Assembly (NCBI GenBank): GCA_024762335.1
Contig: JANTHO010000001.1
Coordinates: 805-64,804, forward strand
Length of the DNA: 64,000 nucleotides
DNA from: Acidimicrobiia bacterium
GTDB lineage: Bacteria > Actinomycetota > Acidimicrobiia > Spongiisociales > UBA5794
Reading direction: 5' to 3'
Shown: in pieces, positions 36,659-45,764 of the stretch
How positions within the stretch are numbered: position 1 is the stretch's first letter
Layout: the number at the start of each line of letters is the position of its first letter
Made by a program: the position numbers and the translations under genes
The notes under the pieces: model-generated
Told to the model about the DNA's origin: nothing
Database searches by the model: none
Seen by the model: the letters and a program-made list of their open reading frames with translations, nothing else

Positions 36659-37342
36659 ATGGAACTCCTCTTCATCCGTCACGGCCAGCCCGCCTGGGTC
36701 GTCGACGGCGTCGCACAACCGGACGCCCCCTTGACCGAACTCGGACACGAGCAGGCTCGCCTCGCAGCGGAACGCCTCCTCCGGGATGGACGGGGCTTCT
36801 CCGAGATCATCGTCTCACCCGCCGTCCGCTCGCAGCAGACCGCCGTCCCCATCGCCGAAGCACTCGGTCTCACACCCACGACGATCAACGACATCATCGA
36901 GATCGGCGTCCCCGATTGGACCGGCCAGCCGGCCGAGGTTGTTGCCGACGTCTTCGCATCGGCGCAGCATCGCTCGATCGACGAATGGTGGGACGGTCTC
37001 CCCGGTGGCGAGTCCTTCCGTGACTTTCACAACCGGATCATCGGTGCCTTCAGCCGGATCCTCACCGAGCGCGGCATGGCTCCCCCGACCACCGGTGACC
37101 AGTTGTGGCACGGCACCAACGACGATCGTCGCATCGCGATCGTCGCCCACGGGGGAACGAACGCGGTCGCACTCGCGTTCCTCCTCGGCCTCGACCCGAC
37201 GCCCTGGGAGTGGGAGCGCTTCATCCTCTATCACGCATCGTTCGCACGACTCCGGGCGATCCCGATGGCCGGCGAACACGTCTGGTCGCTCCGCACATTC
37301 AACGACCGCGAGCATCTGGCCGAAGACCTCCGGACGAGATAG
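36659..37342 (+). CDS. Histidine phosphatase (phosphoglycerate mutase-like) family protein
   Basis: The internal ATG 36659 gives MELLFIRHGQPAW...LTELGHEQA, i.e. the RHG catalytic motif, with a later VAHGG. Confidence 0.8.
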   Translation: MELLFIRHGQPAWVVDGVAQPDAPLTELGHEQARLAAERLLRDGRGFSEIIVSPAVRSQQTAVPIAEALGLTPTTINDIIEIGVPDWTGQPAEVVADVFASAQHRSIDEWWDGLPGGESFRDFHNRIIGAFSRILTERGMAPPTTGDQLWHGTNDDRRIAIVAHGGTNAVALAFLLGLDPTPWEWERFILYHASFARLRAIPMAGEHVWSLRTFNDREHLAEDLRTR

Positions 37343-37344
37343 CA

Positions 37345-38121
37345 CTACTTGCCGTAGCGGCGGGTTCTCCTGGTGAAATCGCGCAGGGCGCGGAGGAAGT
37401 CGATGCGGCGGAACGCCGGCCAGTAGACGTCGACGAACGCATACTCGGCGTAGGCGGACTGCCAGAGCAGGAACCCGGAGAGACGTGCCTCTCCAGAGGT
37501 GCGGATCACGAGATCGGGATCGGGGAGACCCGCCGTGTAGAGGTTCGACGCGATCCCATCGGCGTCGATACGTTCAACGAGGTCGTCCATCCCATCGGTC
37601 GACAGCTTCGTCACGAGATCCTTGACCGCGTCGACGATCTCCTGCCTCCCACCGTATGCGAGAGCGATCGTCACCCTGCGATGGCCGTTCGGCATCCGCT
37701 CCTCGAGTCGCTTCGCCGAAGCCTGCAGATCCTCCGGCAACAGGTCGAGGCTACCGATGAACCGCACGCCGACGTCCCGATCGCTCAGCGCGTTCGGGAT
37801 CTCTTCGAAGAGTTCCTTCAACACCTCGTAGTAGGGCAGCAACTCTTCGTTCGGCCGTTCCAGATTCTCCTTGGACAGCAGCCAGCACGTGACCGCAGGG
37901 ATCTCCAGATCGTCGGCCCAGTAGAGGAACTCGACGAACTTCGCCATGCCCACCCGGTAGGACGCCTGATAGTCGGGCAGACCCTCGCTCCTGGCGTAGC
38001 GGCGATGCCCGTCGTGGATGACGCCGATGTGTTTCGGGAGCCGGCTCCGATCCAGATCGGAGAGAAGCCGGTTCTCGTAGAACCGGTAGAGCGGCCGGAT
38101 GGCGGTGTCACTGAATCCCAT
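37345..38121 (-). CDS. uppS: Isoprenyl transferase (cis-prenyltransferase, UppS family)
   Basis: The internal ATG 38121 gives PKHIGVIHDGHRRYAR, WLLSKENL.R, IRTSGE.RLSGFLLWQSAYAE and FR..DF..AL motifs. Confidence 0.85.
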   Translation of the reverse strand: MGFSDTAIRPLYRFYENRLLSDLDRSRLPKHIGVIHDGHRRYARSEGLPDYQASYRVGMAKFVEFLYWADDLEIPAVTCWLLSKENLERPNEELLPYYEVLKELFEEIPNALSDRDVGVRFIGSLDLLPEDLQASAKRLEERMPNGHRRVTIALAYGGRQEIVDAVKDLVTKLSTDGMDDLVERIDADGIASNLYTAGLPDPDLVIRTSGEARLSGFLLWQSAYAEYAFVDVYWPAFRRIDFLRALRDFTRRTRRYGK

Positions 38122-38219
38122 GCACACCCCATGGTAGAGGGGTGGATTCGATGCCCACTGCGTTCCCCGCCGTGGCAACATGGGAGAGCACGGGGGAGAA
38201 GGGAGTCACACCTGTGACG

Positions 38220-38612
38220 ATGACAGATGAACACAAGGCCGCTCTCGCCAGGGGCCGTCGGGAGTCCAAGGCGATCAAGGCGTATCTGGCAGCCATCGCC
38301 GTCCCAAAGCGCCGGGGGCGCCCCGTCACCCCGGAAGCGCTCGAAGCCAAGATCGAGTCACTGGACGAACGAAAGCGGGCCGAAACCGACCCACTCGCCC
38401 GCGTGGATCTGATCCAGGCGCGGCTCGACGCCCAGGCGGCACTCGACGACATGACCGCCACGGTCGACATGGAGGCGCTCGAGGCGGGGTTCGTCCGCTA
38501 CGCATCGCCCTACTCGGAGCGCAAAGGGATCAGTTGGGCGGCATGGCGTGAGGCCGGCGTTCCCGCGAGCGTCCTTGCGGCCGCCGGGGTGAAACGCACC
38601 CGCAGGTCCTGA
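38220..38612 (+). CDS. Hypothetical protein (basic N-terminus, helical)
   Basis: ATG 38220 gives MTDEHKAALARGRRESKAIKAYLAAI.... Composition is coding-like. No family recognised. Confidence 0.5.
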   Translation: MTDEHKAALARGRRESKAIKAYLAAIAVPKRRGRPVTPEALEAKIESLDERKRAETDPLARVDLIQARLDAQAALDDMTATVDMEALEAGFVRYASPYSERKGISWAAWREAGVPASVLAAAGVKRTRRS

Positions 38613-38659
38613 GCGGTGTTCCGCTCGAGTTCCGCCGACCATTCAGTACTCTCTGCATC

Positions 38660-39331
38660 ATGAACCTCCCAGTCCCCAGGTGGACGCTCGGGAAGATGCA
38701 GAACCCGGTGCGCGGGTTCCTCCACGGAAGCGCCGCAGTCGCCGGTTTGATCGGCACCGTTTTCCTGCTGTTCCACGCTCCGACATGGCCCCGTCGTGTC
38801 GCCGTGCTCGTCTTCGGTCTCTCGGTCATGGCGCTCTACACGACGAGTTCGCTCTACCACACCATCCCCTGGCGGGAACGCTGGAAGAAGCGGATGCAAC
38901 GCATGGATCACTCGATGATCTACGTCCTCATCGCGGGCACGTACACGCCCGTTGCCGCTCTCGTCCTGGACTCCCCGTGGCGATGGATTGTCCTCGGAAT
39001 GGTGTGGGGCATCACGATCGGGGGGGTCGTCCAGAAGGGACTGTTCCCGAAGGTTCCCGGATGGATCTCCGTCATGATGTCGACGATCCTCGGATGGATC
39101 GGCGTCTTCTTCTTCTGGCCGATGATCCAACAGCTCGGCTGGCTCCCCGTGGGCCTGGTCCTCGCAGGCGGCGTTCTCTACACGATCGGGATGGTCTTCC
39201 TGGTTACGAACCGGCCCCGTCTGTGGCCGCGGGTCTTCTCCTATCACGAGATGTTCCACGTGCTGACGGTCTCTGCGACGTCGCTCCACTTCCTCGTGAT
39301 CTGGCGATACGTGGTACCCCTCGCTCACTGA
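38660..39331 (+). CDS. Hemolysin III / PAQR family membrane protein
   Basis: 223 aa with 7 TM segments. SSLYH, the MQRMDHSMIYVLIAGTYTP motif and the C-terminal HEMFHV are present. Confidence 0.85.
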   Translation: MNLPVPRWTLGKMQNPVRGFLHGSAAVAGLIGTVFLLFHAPTWPRRVAVLVFGLSVMALYTTSSLYHTIPWRERWKKRMQRMDHSMIYVLIAGTYTPVAALVLDSPWRWIVLGMVWGITIGGVVQKGLFPKVPGWISVMMSTILGWIGVFFFWPMIQQLGWLPVGLVLAGGVLYTIGMVFLVTNRPRLWPRVFSYHEMFHVLTVSATSLHFLVIWRYVVPLAH

Positions 39332-40356
39332 CCCCGCTGGTCGGGCGAGGTGGTTGAGCACACGATCGTCCTCACGAGGTGCGGTCCTGCGTATACGAGT
39401 CCGGTGTAGATCTGGACGAGCGCTGCGCCGGCATCGAGTCGCTGCATGGCGTCGTCCACCGTCATGATCCCGCCTGAGGCGATGAGCGGAAGGTCGGTGA
39501 GGGAGCGAACCCGCTGCAACATGTCCAGTGCGGTTGCTCGGAGCGGGGCGCCGCTGAGACCTCCGTTTTCGGAGGAGTCCACACCGGGACGGCCGATCGT
39601 GGTGTTGGTGACGATGATCCCATCGCATCCGGCACCCTCGATCGCAGCGACCGTCGCAGGCAGTTCGTCCCGCGGAATGTCGGGTGACAGTTTGACGACG
39701 ATCGGCGTGCCTGCGGCGCCGGGAGAGGAGTCCGATGGGACGGCTCTCGTTCGCCGGTCGACGATTCGCCTCAACAGTTCCGCCATGTCGTCACCGGACT
39801 GGAGCGTCCGCAGGCCCGGCGTATTCGGCGAACTCACGTTGACCGCCAGGTAGTCGGCGATCGGGGCGAAGCGGTCGATCAGACACTCGTAGTCCTCCGC
39901 CGCCTGGTTCGGGTCGCTGAATCCGTTGGGACCGATCGAGACACCCAGCACGACACTGCGTGGACGGTCCCCGCCGATCCGCGATGCCACCGTATCCGCT
40001 CCGGCACTGGGGAATCCCATCCGGTTGATCAGCGCCCGGTGTTCGGGAAGCCGGAAGATCCGCGGCCGTGGGTTCCCGGGCTGGGGGCGAGGGGTCACGG
40101 TGCCGATTTCGATGTGGCCGAAGCCGAGACCGGCAAGTCCGCGCCATGCCACGGCGTCCTTGTCGTAGCCGGCGGCGAGGCCCACCGGATTTGGGAACTC
40201 GATCCCCATCACGGTGACCGGACGCGGCGGCACGCGACGATGCAGGTGGCCCCCGAAACGATGGCCTTTCAACGCGATCGCATGCGCCCGCTCCGGGTCG
40301 ATACGGAAGCCGACCCCGCGCAGCAGCCGGTAGAGGTCAGGCATGGAGGAACTCAC
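39325..40356 (-). CDS. pyrD: Dihydroorotate dehydrogenase (quinone), class 2
   Basis: FPNPVGLAAGYDK, GFGHIEIGTVTP, NRMGF, NVSSPNTPGLR and GGLSG motifs are present. It overlaps the pyrF::pyrE stop. Confidence 0.9.
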   Translation of the reverse strand: MSSSMPDLYRLLRGVGFRIDPERAHAIALKGHRFGGHLHRRVPPRPVTVMGIEFPNPVGLAAGYDKDAVAWRGLAGLGFGHIEIGTVTPRPQPGNPRPRIFRLPEHRALINRMGFPSAGADTVASRIGGDRPRSVVLGVSIGPNGFSDPNQAAEDYECLIDRFAPIADYLAVNVSSPNTPGLRTLQSGDDMAELLRRIVDRRTRAVPSDSSPGAAGTPIVVKLSPDIPRDELPATVAAIEGAGCDGIIVTNTTIGRPGVDSSENGGLSGAPLRATALDMLQRVRSLTDLPLIASGGIMTVDDAMQRLDAGAALVQIYTGLVYAGPHLVRTIVCSTTSPDQRGQ

Positions 40357-41764
40357 GCACCCGGTCGGCTTCGACTTCGGAGATCCGACCGGCCGTTCGC
40401 AGGGACTCGACGATGGCCCCGAGACCGGTCACTGCCCGCAATTCCACTCCTTCGGCCTCCAACGCTTCTGCGGCACCCCCGTCCCGATCGATCAGGACCA
40501 CGGCGACACCGACCTCCAGGCCGGCTCCGCGCAGCCGGGCCACCGCGTCGAGCACGCTGATCCCGCTGGTGGCCACATCGTCGATGACGACCACCCGCTC
40601 GCCGCGCCGGAACGGTCCTTCGATCACAGCCCCGGTCCCGTGAGTCTTGACCCCGGGTCGCGGGTACACCATGGGGATGTCCGATTCGAGAGACACGGCC
40701 GTGGCGATCGGAAGCCCAGCCAGGGGAACCCCCGCGATCCGGGAGAAGGTGTTTGTCGCGCCGTCCCGGGGAGTCGACTCGGGAATGGGTACCCGACTCT
40801 CGAGGAGAGACAGATAGCGGCGGGCGATCCGGCGCATCAGGTCCGGGTGGCCGGCGAGGTTCCGGAGATCGAGGTAGATCGGCGAACGCCTCCCCGATTT
40901 CAGTTCGAAGTCGCCGAAGCGGACGCACCCTGCGTCGAAGAGGTCGACGGCCAGGGTGTCGGACGGCGCTGCGGGAGCCGCGGTTGCGGTCCCACGGACC
41001 CGTGTCACAGCGCCACAGAAATCGGCTGCAGCCGCGGCCGGGTCCGGGGCGGTTGCGACGGCTCGCGACACCGGGAGCAGCACGCCCATGCCGTCGGGCC
41101 GCAGCCCTGCGGTTAGCGTCTCCTGCAGCGACCCGCCCTGAGGGCCAACTCCGGGAGCCAGGAGCCAATGCTCCGGTGCAACGGCCCTGACCCGTGCGAC
41201 CGCATCGGGCATCGTTGCACCGACGACCATCCCCAGCCGGTCCGGCCCTGCCCATCGAGCCGCCGTGCGCGCCACCTCCTCATAGAGGGCCCCACCCCCG
41301 GGTTCCAGCCGGCGCTCCTGGAAGTCGGAGCCTCCCGGATTCGAAGTGCGGCACAGGACGAACACCGCCCTCCCCTCGTGTTCGAGGAAGGGCTCGATCG
41401 AGTCCCTTCCCAGGTACGGGCTCACCGTGACGGCACCGGCTCCGATCCGGTCGAACACGGCCGTGGCGTAGGCGGCGGCCGTGGTGGAGATGTCGCCTCG
41501 TTTGGCGTCGAGCAGCACCGGAATCTCCTCGGGGACTGCGGCGACGACCTCCTCCAACACTTCCATCCCGGTGGCCCCGAACTCTTCGAAGAATGCGATG
41601 TTGGGTTTGAATGCGGCGGCGTACCGATGGGTGGCTGCGATGAGGTCCAGGCACTGCTGCCGCGCGTGAAGCGGCGACCTCGCGCGGGGGTCGAGCCCCA
41701 CGCACAGGAGCGATCCGGTGGCAGCGACCCGGGCTTCGAGCCGGGAGATGAATCCCGGATTCAT
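40337..41764 (-). CDS. Bifunctional orotidine-5'-phosphate decarboxylase (N-terminal) / orotate phosphoribosyltransferase (C-terminal) fusion
   Basis: 475 aa. The N-terminal half has LCVGLDP, FFEEFG and LDAKRGDI (type-2 PyrF). The C-terminal half has [19 protein letters not shown] and the PRPP motif [11 protein letters not shown] (PyrE). It is one uninterrupted ORF. Confidence 0.85.
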   Translation of the reverse strand: MNPGFISRLEARVAATGSLLCVGLDPRARSPLHARQQCLDLIAATHRYAAAFKPNIAFFEEFGATGMEVLEEVVAAVPEEIPVLLDAKRGDISTTAAAYATAVFDRIGAGAVTVSPYLGRDSIEPFLEHEGRAVFVLCRTSNPGGSDFQERRLEPGGGALYEEVARTAARWAGPDRLGMVVGATMPDAVARVRAVAPEHWLLAPGVGPQGGSLQETLTAGLRPDGMGVLLPVSRAVATAPDPAAAAADFCGAVTRVRGTATAAPAAPSDTLAVDLFDAGCVRFGDFELKSGRRSPIYLDLRNLAGHPDLMRRIARRYLSLLESRVPIPESTPRDGATNTFSRIAGVPLAGLPIATAVSLESDIPMVYPRPGVKTHGTGAVIEGPFRRGERVVVIDDVATSGISVLDAVARLRGAGLEVGVAVVLIDRDGGAAEALEAEGVELRAVTGLGAIVESLRTAGRISEVEADRVREFLHA

Positions 41765-42753
41765 GCCTTGCCGAGCACCAGAGCGAGCAGCGCCATCCGC
41801 ACATACATCCCGTACTCCATCTGCCGGAAGTACGCCGCGCGGGGGTCGTCATCCACCTCGATGCTGATCTCGTTCACCCGCGGCAATGGATGCATCAGCA
41901 CCATCCGCTCTTTCGCTGATCGCATCGTTTCCGGGGTGATGACATAGGCACCGGACACAGTCTCGTAGTCCGAGGGGTTCTCGAAGCGTTCTTTCTGCAC
42001 CCTGGTCACGTAGACGACATCGCTGTCGCCGATGACCCGACCGAGATCGTCGTGGACCGTCTGAACGACCCCCATCTCCCCCAGTTCGGCAGTGATCGAC
42101 TCCGGCATGCGAAGGATGTCGGGCGACACGTAGTTCAAGGTCACGTCGTAGCGGGCCAAAAGCCGGGCCAGCGAGTGAACCGTCCTTCCGTACTTGAGGT
42201 CGCCGACCATGGTGACGGTCAGACCCTGCGGATCGCCCAACTCCTCGATGATCGTGAACAGATCGAGCAGCGCCTGCGTTGGGTGTTCACCGACCCCGTC
42301 ACCGGCGTTGATGATCGGCTTCGTCGTGTACCGGGCGGCCAGGGCGCTCGCTCCCTGCTCGGGATGGCGAAGCACGATCACGTCCGCGTAGGCCTCCAGG
42401 GAACGCACCGTATCGGGCAACGACTCCCCCTTCGACACGGAGGAGTAGGTCACTTCGTTGATGGGGATCACGCTGCCGCCGAGGCGCTCCATCGCCGCGG
42501 TGAAGGACGAGGATGTCCTGGTGGACGGTTCGTAGAACAGATTGGCCAGCAGCTTGCCTTTGAGCAGGTCGAAGGCGCCGATGCGGGCCACCATCTCCCG
42601 CATCTCGTGCGCAACGTCGAAGATGTACGCCAGGTCGTCATCCGAGAACTGGAGCACCGACACGATATCTCTGCGGTAGAAGGGTGAGTCGCGTCGGTCT
42701 CCGAACGGCATGCGCGTGCCTTCCGTCTCCTTCTTCTCCTGGATCATGGTCAT
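41761..42753 (-). CDS. pyrB: Aspartate carbamoyltransferase catalytic subunit
   Basis: ATG 42753 overlaps the pyrC stop (ATGA). [12 protein letters not shown], the HP(E/T)QALLD-like [10 protein letters not shown] and HPLPR motifs are present. Confidence 0.9.
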   Translation of the reverse strand: MTMIQEKKETEGTRMPFGDRRDSPFYRRDIVSVLQFSDDDLAYIFDVAHEMREMVARIGAFDLLKGKLLANLFYEPSTRTSSSFTAAMERLGGSVIPINEVTYSSVSKGESLPDTVRSLEAYADVIVLRHPEQGASALAARYTTKPIINAGDGVGEHPTQALLDLFTIIEELGDPQGLTVTMVGDLKYGRTVHSLARLLARYDVTLNYVSPDILRMPESITAELGEMGVVQTVHDDLGRVIGDSDVVYVTRVQKERFENPSDYETVSGAYVITPETMRSAKERMVLMHPLPRVNEISIEVDDDPRAAYFRQMEYGMYVRMALLALVLGKA

Positions 42754-43820
42754 CGTTTCGTGCTCCCTTTCCTTCTCACATCGCGGCCCGTTCCGGCTGC
42801 CGCGACGACTTCTCCGTATTCGTATGCGAGCTCGTCCCGAATCGCGACCCGGTCGACTCTCCCCTTCACGGGCATTCCGGCGAAGGGTGTCCACCCGCTT
42901 CTGCTCTGCCCCGACATCGGGATCTCAAAGCTTGCGTCCACGTCCACCTCCACCCAGCTGCCTTCGTCCACAGGCAATCCGAACAGTTCGACCGGGCGGT
43001 CGTGAAGACGGAAGACGATGTCGTCCAGATCGAGCAGACCGCGGTGCGTCGCGGTGAGCAGCAGGGGCAGCATCGTCTCCACGCCGGGAAAGCCCGGCGG
43101 GGGATTGTCCCCGTCCTTTTCGGCGAGCGTGTGCGGAGCATGGTCTGTGGCGAAGCAATCGATCGCGTCGAGATGCTCCCACAGGGCGTGCCGATCTTCC
43201 GGGGTTCCCAGCCGGGGTCTCACTTCAGCGCGACCCGGCGGCAGGTCGGTGGTCTGATCGAGGAACAGGTGGTGCGGCGCCGCCTCACATGTGACGGCAA
43301 CTCCCCGTTCCCTGGCGTCGGCGATACGGCGGATATCGTCGGCTCCGGCGACGTGGCAGATGTGTATCGAGCGGCCGATGGATTCGGCCAGTTCGATGAT
43401 CGTCTTCAGAGCGGATCCTTCGGCGTGTACCGCGATCACGTCCTCTTCGGGCCAGGCTTCGAGGTGGGCCTTCCATGCGGAGATGTCGTCGAGTCGGAGG
43501 TCGCCGAACGTCTGTCCCAGGTACATCTTGAGACCGGCGGCGCGACGGGCCAGGGTGGCGATCGACTCTGCGTTGTCGGGGCCGGCGCCCACGTAATGCC
43601 CGAAGTCGCAGCGGGCCCCGGCGGCGGCCAGCCCCAAGGCGGCGTCGAGGCTCGCCTCGTCGACGACCGCCGGTGAGGTGTTGGGCATGGCGAGAACGGT
43701 GCCGATTCCTCCGGCGATCGCCGCTGCGGTCCCGGTTTCCCAGATCTCCTTGTGCTCGCCTCCTGGTTGACGCATGTGTACGTGGATGTCGATGAGACCG
43801 GGGAGGCGGATGGTGGTCAT
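42750..43820 (-). CDS. pyrC: Dihydroorotase
   Basis: [23 protein letters not shown] and TDHAPH metal-ligand motifs are present. First gene of the pyr operon. Confidence 0.9.
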   Translation of the reverse strand: MTTIRLPGLIDIHVHMRQPGGEHKEIWETGTAAAIAGGIGTVLAMPNTSPAVVDEASLDAALGLAAAGARCDFGHYVGAGPDNAESIATLARRAAGLKMYLGQTFGDLRLDDISAWKAHLEAWPEEDVIAVHAEGSALKTIIELAESIGRSIHICHVAGADDIRRIADARERGVAVTCEAAPHHLFLDQTTDLPPGRAEVRPRLGTPEDRHALWEHLDAIDCFATDHAPHTLAEKDGDNPPPGFPGVETMLPLLLTATHRGLLDLDDIVFRLHDRPVELFGLPVDEGSWVEVDVDASFEIPMSGQSRSGWTPFAGMPVKGRVDRVAIRDELAYEYGEVVAAAGTGRDVRRKGSTKR

Positions 43821-43849
43821 CTCGAGACCATCCGCGGGTTGAGATGGCC

Positions 43850-43878
43850 AAAAAAAAGGGACCCCATCAGTGGGGCCC
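43850..43878 (-). terminator. Intrinsic-terminator-like hairpin plus U8 inside the pyrC 5' leader (candidate attenuator)
   Basis: The minus strand reads GGGCCCCA-CUGA-UGGGG(U)CCC followed by UUUUUUUU (A8 on the + strand at 43850..43857). It ends 30 nt before the pyrC AUG. Confidence 0.65.
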
Positions 43879-44059
43879 GGGCGGGGGAGTTATCGGAAGG
43901 TTCGACTCTCAACAGAATCGTCCTTTGCGCGCCATTGTCTCGTCTCTCGTCTGCGGTCGGAGCGACTGTAGATCGCATTCAACCGACTCGCAACTATCGA
44001 TACCGGGCCAACGGGATGGTCTCGGTCGGGCACTAGCATCGACGCACCCGAGGAGACAC

Positions 44060-44479
44060 ATGCCCAATCTCAATCATCGCGGTTCTGCGATCACCGAAGT
44101 TCCTGCAGCGAGCCCGGAGGAGGCACTGGCCCACTTCTCTGCGCTGCTCCGTTTCGAGGCCGATTGCTGGGACGTGCATGAGGCGATGACGAATGGAACG
44201 CAAGACTTCGTCGTCGTCGACGTACGGGGTCCCGGTCCGTTCGAGAAGGAGCACATCCCCGGGGCTGTGAACCTTCCCTACGGGAGGATGGTCGAACGCA
44301 ACCTCGCCGAGTACCCGGAGGACACGCTCTTCGTGATCTACTGCGCCGGCCCCCACTGCAACGCCACCGAGAAAGCGGCGGTCCGTCTTGCGAAACTGGG
44401 GCGCCCCTTCAAGAAGATGATCGGCGGGGTCGAGGGCTGGCGTGACGAAGGCTTCGACCTGGCAACCGGTCCCGAGTAG
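44060..44479 (+). CDS. Rhodanese-domain sulfurtransferase
   Basis: ATG 44060 follows AGGAG. The sequence is ...FVVVDVRGPGPFEKEHIPGAVNLP...VIYCAGPHCNATEKAA..L, with a CxxxxC/R-type active-site loop. The longer ORF start at 43844 would cover the pyr leader. Confidence 0.8.
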   Translation: MPNLNHRGSAITEVPAASPEEALAHFSALLRFEADCWDVHEAMTNGTQDFVVVDVRGPGPFEKEHIPGAVNLPYGRMVERNLAEYPEDTLFVIYCAGPHCNATEKAAVRLAKLGRPFKKMIGGVEGWRDEGFDLATGPE

Positions 44480-44494
44480 ACCGGCCGCGATCGC

Positions 44495-44878
44495 TCATCC
44501 GATGACCGCTTCGACTTCGATCTCGACCTTCCAGCCTGGTTCGAGGAGGGCTGCAACGACGACCATCGTCGCAGCAGGAGTCGCCTCCCCGAAGACCTCG
44601 CGATGGGCGCGGCCGATCTCGTCGGCGTCTTCGGGATCGGTGATGAACATACGGGTCCGAACAACATCGGCGGCCGTGCCTCCCAGGCTCTCGATCGCGT
44701 CGATCGCGATCTCGCCGCACCGGAGCATCTGTTCGTAGGCGGAAGGCGCGAGCGCCTCGCCCGGCGGTGGAATGGGGGCCGTTCCCGCGATCTCGATCCG
44801 GTCGCCGATCCGCACACCGCGGGAGAACCCGTACCGCTCCTCGTACGGAGAACCGGACCGGGCGTATGCCCGGGTCAC
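44495..44878 (-). CDS. RidA/YjgF/RutC family protein
   Basis: ...FSRGVRIGDRIEIAGT...........A....DVVRTRMFITD.........E.F......A.T.V.V..L......VEIE matches the RidA-family pattern. The start is uncertain. I placed it at GTG 44878, just after the cupin stop. Confidence 0.65.
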   Translation of the reverse strand: MTRAYARSGSPYEERYGFSRGVRIGDRIEIAGTAPIPPPGEALAPSAYEQMLRCGEIAIDAIESLGGTAADVVRTRMFITDPEDADEIGRAHREVFGEATPAATMVVVAALLEPGWKVEIEVEAVIG

Positions 44879-44886
44879 GGGGTCGA

Positions 44887-45228
44887 TCAGTACCGCTCCG
44901 GCCGCGAGGGCCCCGGGACCCGAACGAGCAGGAGCCTGCCCTCTTCGTAGCCGCCGTTGTGGAATCCGTACTCTTCCCCCGCCGCGATGTGGATGGTGTC
45001 GCCGGGGCCACATCGAACCGTCTGCCCCGCCACCCGGAATTCGATGTCCCCGGTCACGACCGTGTACATCCGGTGGGTCTTCTCCGAGACTCTGGAGTCA
45101 CGCTCGGCACCGATCGGGACGATGATCTCCGCGACCGACCCGACGGTGAACGCTTCGGGAGAGAGTTCCCGAACGACGAAATCGCCGAATTCGAACGGCG
45201 CTGCATCTGTGTATCGCTTGAGTTCCAT
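44887..45228 (-). CDS. Cupin domain protein
   Basis: 113 aa with a small-barrel pattern (G.IEF.V.G....C.PGD.I.I..GE.Y.F.N). Confidence 0.65.
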   Translation of the reverse strand: MELKRYTDAAPFEFGDFVVRELSPEAFTVGSVAEIIVPIGAERDSRVSEKTHRMYTVVTGDIEFRVAGQTVRCGPGDTIHIAAGEEYGFHNGGYEEGRLLLVRVPGPSRPERY

Positions 45229-45316
45229 GACGCGATGCTAGGACATCGCAAAGCCATCAATCCAATCTGCCCCGTGGCCGAGCGTTTCTGTCACACCCGT
45301 CCGATACGGTGTCCTC

Positions 45317-45466
45317 ATGATCGAAATACCACCCATCACCGCGATGACGGACGTCGAACTCGAAGCCTGGTTCGCGGCGGCCGGGTTGACGGCCACGGTC
45401 GTTGCCCACTGCCCGGACCCCGGATGCCCGTCCTGTGCGAGCCAGATCGCCAGGAAAGCGGCGTGA
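45317..45466 (+). CDS. Candidate small Cys-rich protein (49 aa)
   Basis: Not in the ORF track. It encodes MIEIPPITAMTDVELEAWFAAAGLTATVVAHCPDPGCPSCASQIARKAA with high GC3. No convincing SD. It competes with minus ORF 45238..45516, which looks less coding-like. Confidence 0.3.
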   Translation: MIEIPPITAMTDVELEAWFAAAGLTATVVAHCPDPGCPSCASQIARKAA

Positions 45467-45506
45467 AGCATCGTCGCACCACTTGCGACAATGCCTTGAT
45501 GCACAC

Positions 45507-45764
45507 ATGCGCACAACCGTGACTCTCGACCCGGACGTGGCCGACCAACTGAAGCAGATCATGAAACACCGCAAAACCACCTTCGAAGAAGCCGTGAACT
45601 CGACGCTCCGAAAGGGCCTCAGTTCCGGGGTGGGGCCGCGACCCTACGAAGTCCCCTCCTACCCATTGGGCCTGAAGCCCGGCATCGACGGTGACCGGAT
45701 CATCCACCACATCGACGAAACAGCCGATCGGAGTCGCCTCGAGAAGATGGGGTACGACCTGTGA
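45507..45764 (+). CDS. vapB: VapB-type antitoxin
   Basis: The internal ATG 45507 gives MRTTVTLDPDVADQLKQI..., the typical N-terminus of antitoxins paired with PIN toxins. The stop overlaps the vapC GTG (GTGA). Confidence 0.75.
   Translation: MRTTVTLDPDVADQLKQIMKHRKTTFEEAVNSTLRKGLSSGVGPRPYEVPSYPLGLKPGIDGDRIIHHIDETADRSRLEKMGYDL

Noticed and set aside
38510-39628. 372-aa minus ORF
   Set aside because: It is antisense to the hemolysin-III gene and runs into pyrD out of frame. Its Arg/Pro/Asp/His-rich composition is non-protein-like.
43844-44059. N-terminal 72-codon extension of the rhodanese ORF (MAKKKGPHQW...)
   Set aside because: It would be translated across the A8 tract and the terminator hairpin of the pyr leader. 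An SD-preceded ATG at 44060 gives a normal-length rhodanese domain.
43821-44059. PyrR-binding (ARUCCAGAGAGGYU-like) motif in the pyr leader
   Set aside because: I looked for it on the minus strand and found only weak resemblance (CAGACGAGAGACGAGAC). The window has no pyrR gene, so I do not call a PyrR attenuator.
45238-45516. 92-aa minus ORF between the cupin gene and vapB
   Set aside because: It has no motif and poorer third-position GC bias than the overlapping + strand 49-codon ORF. It would also overlap the vapB start region. It is kept only as the alternative hypothesis.
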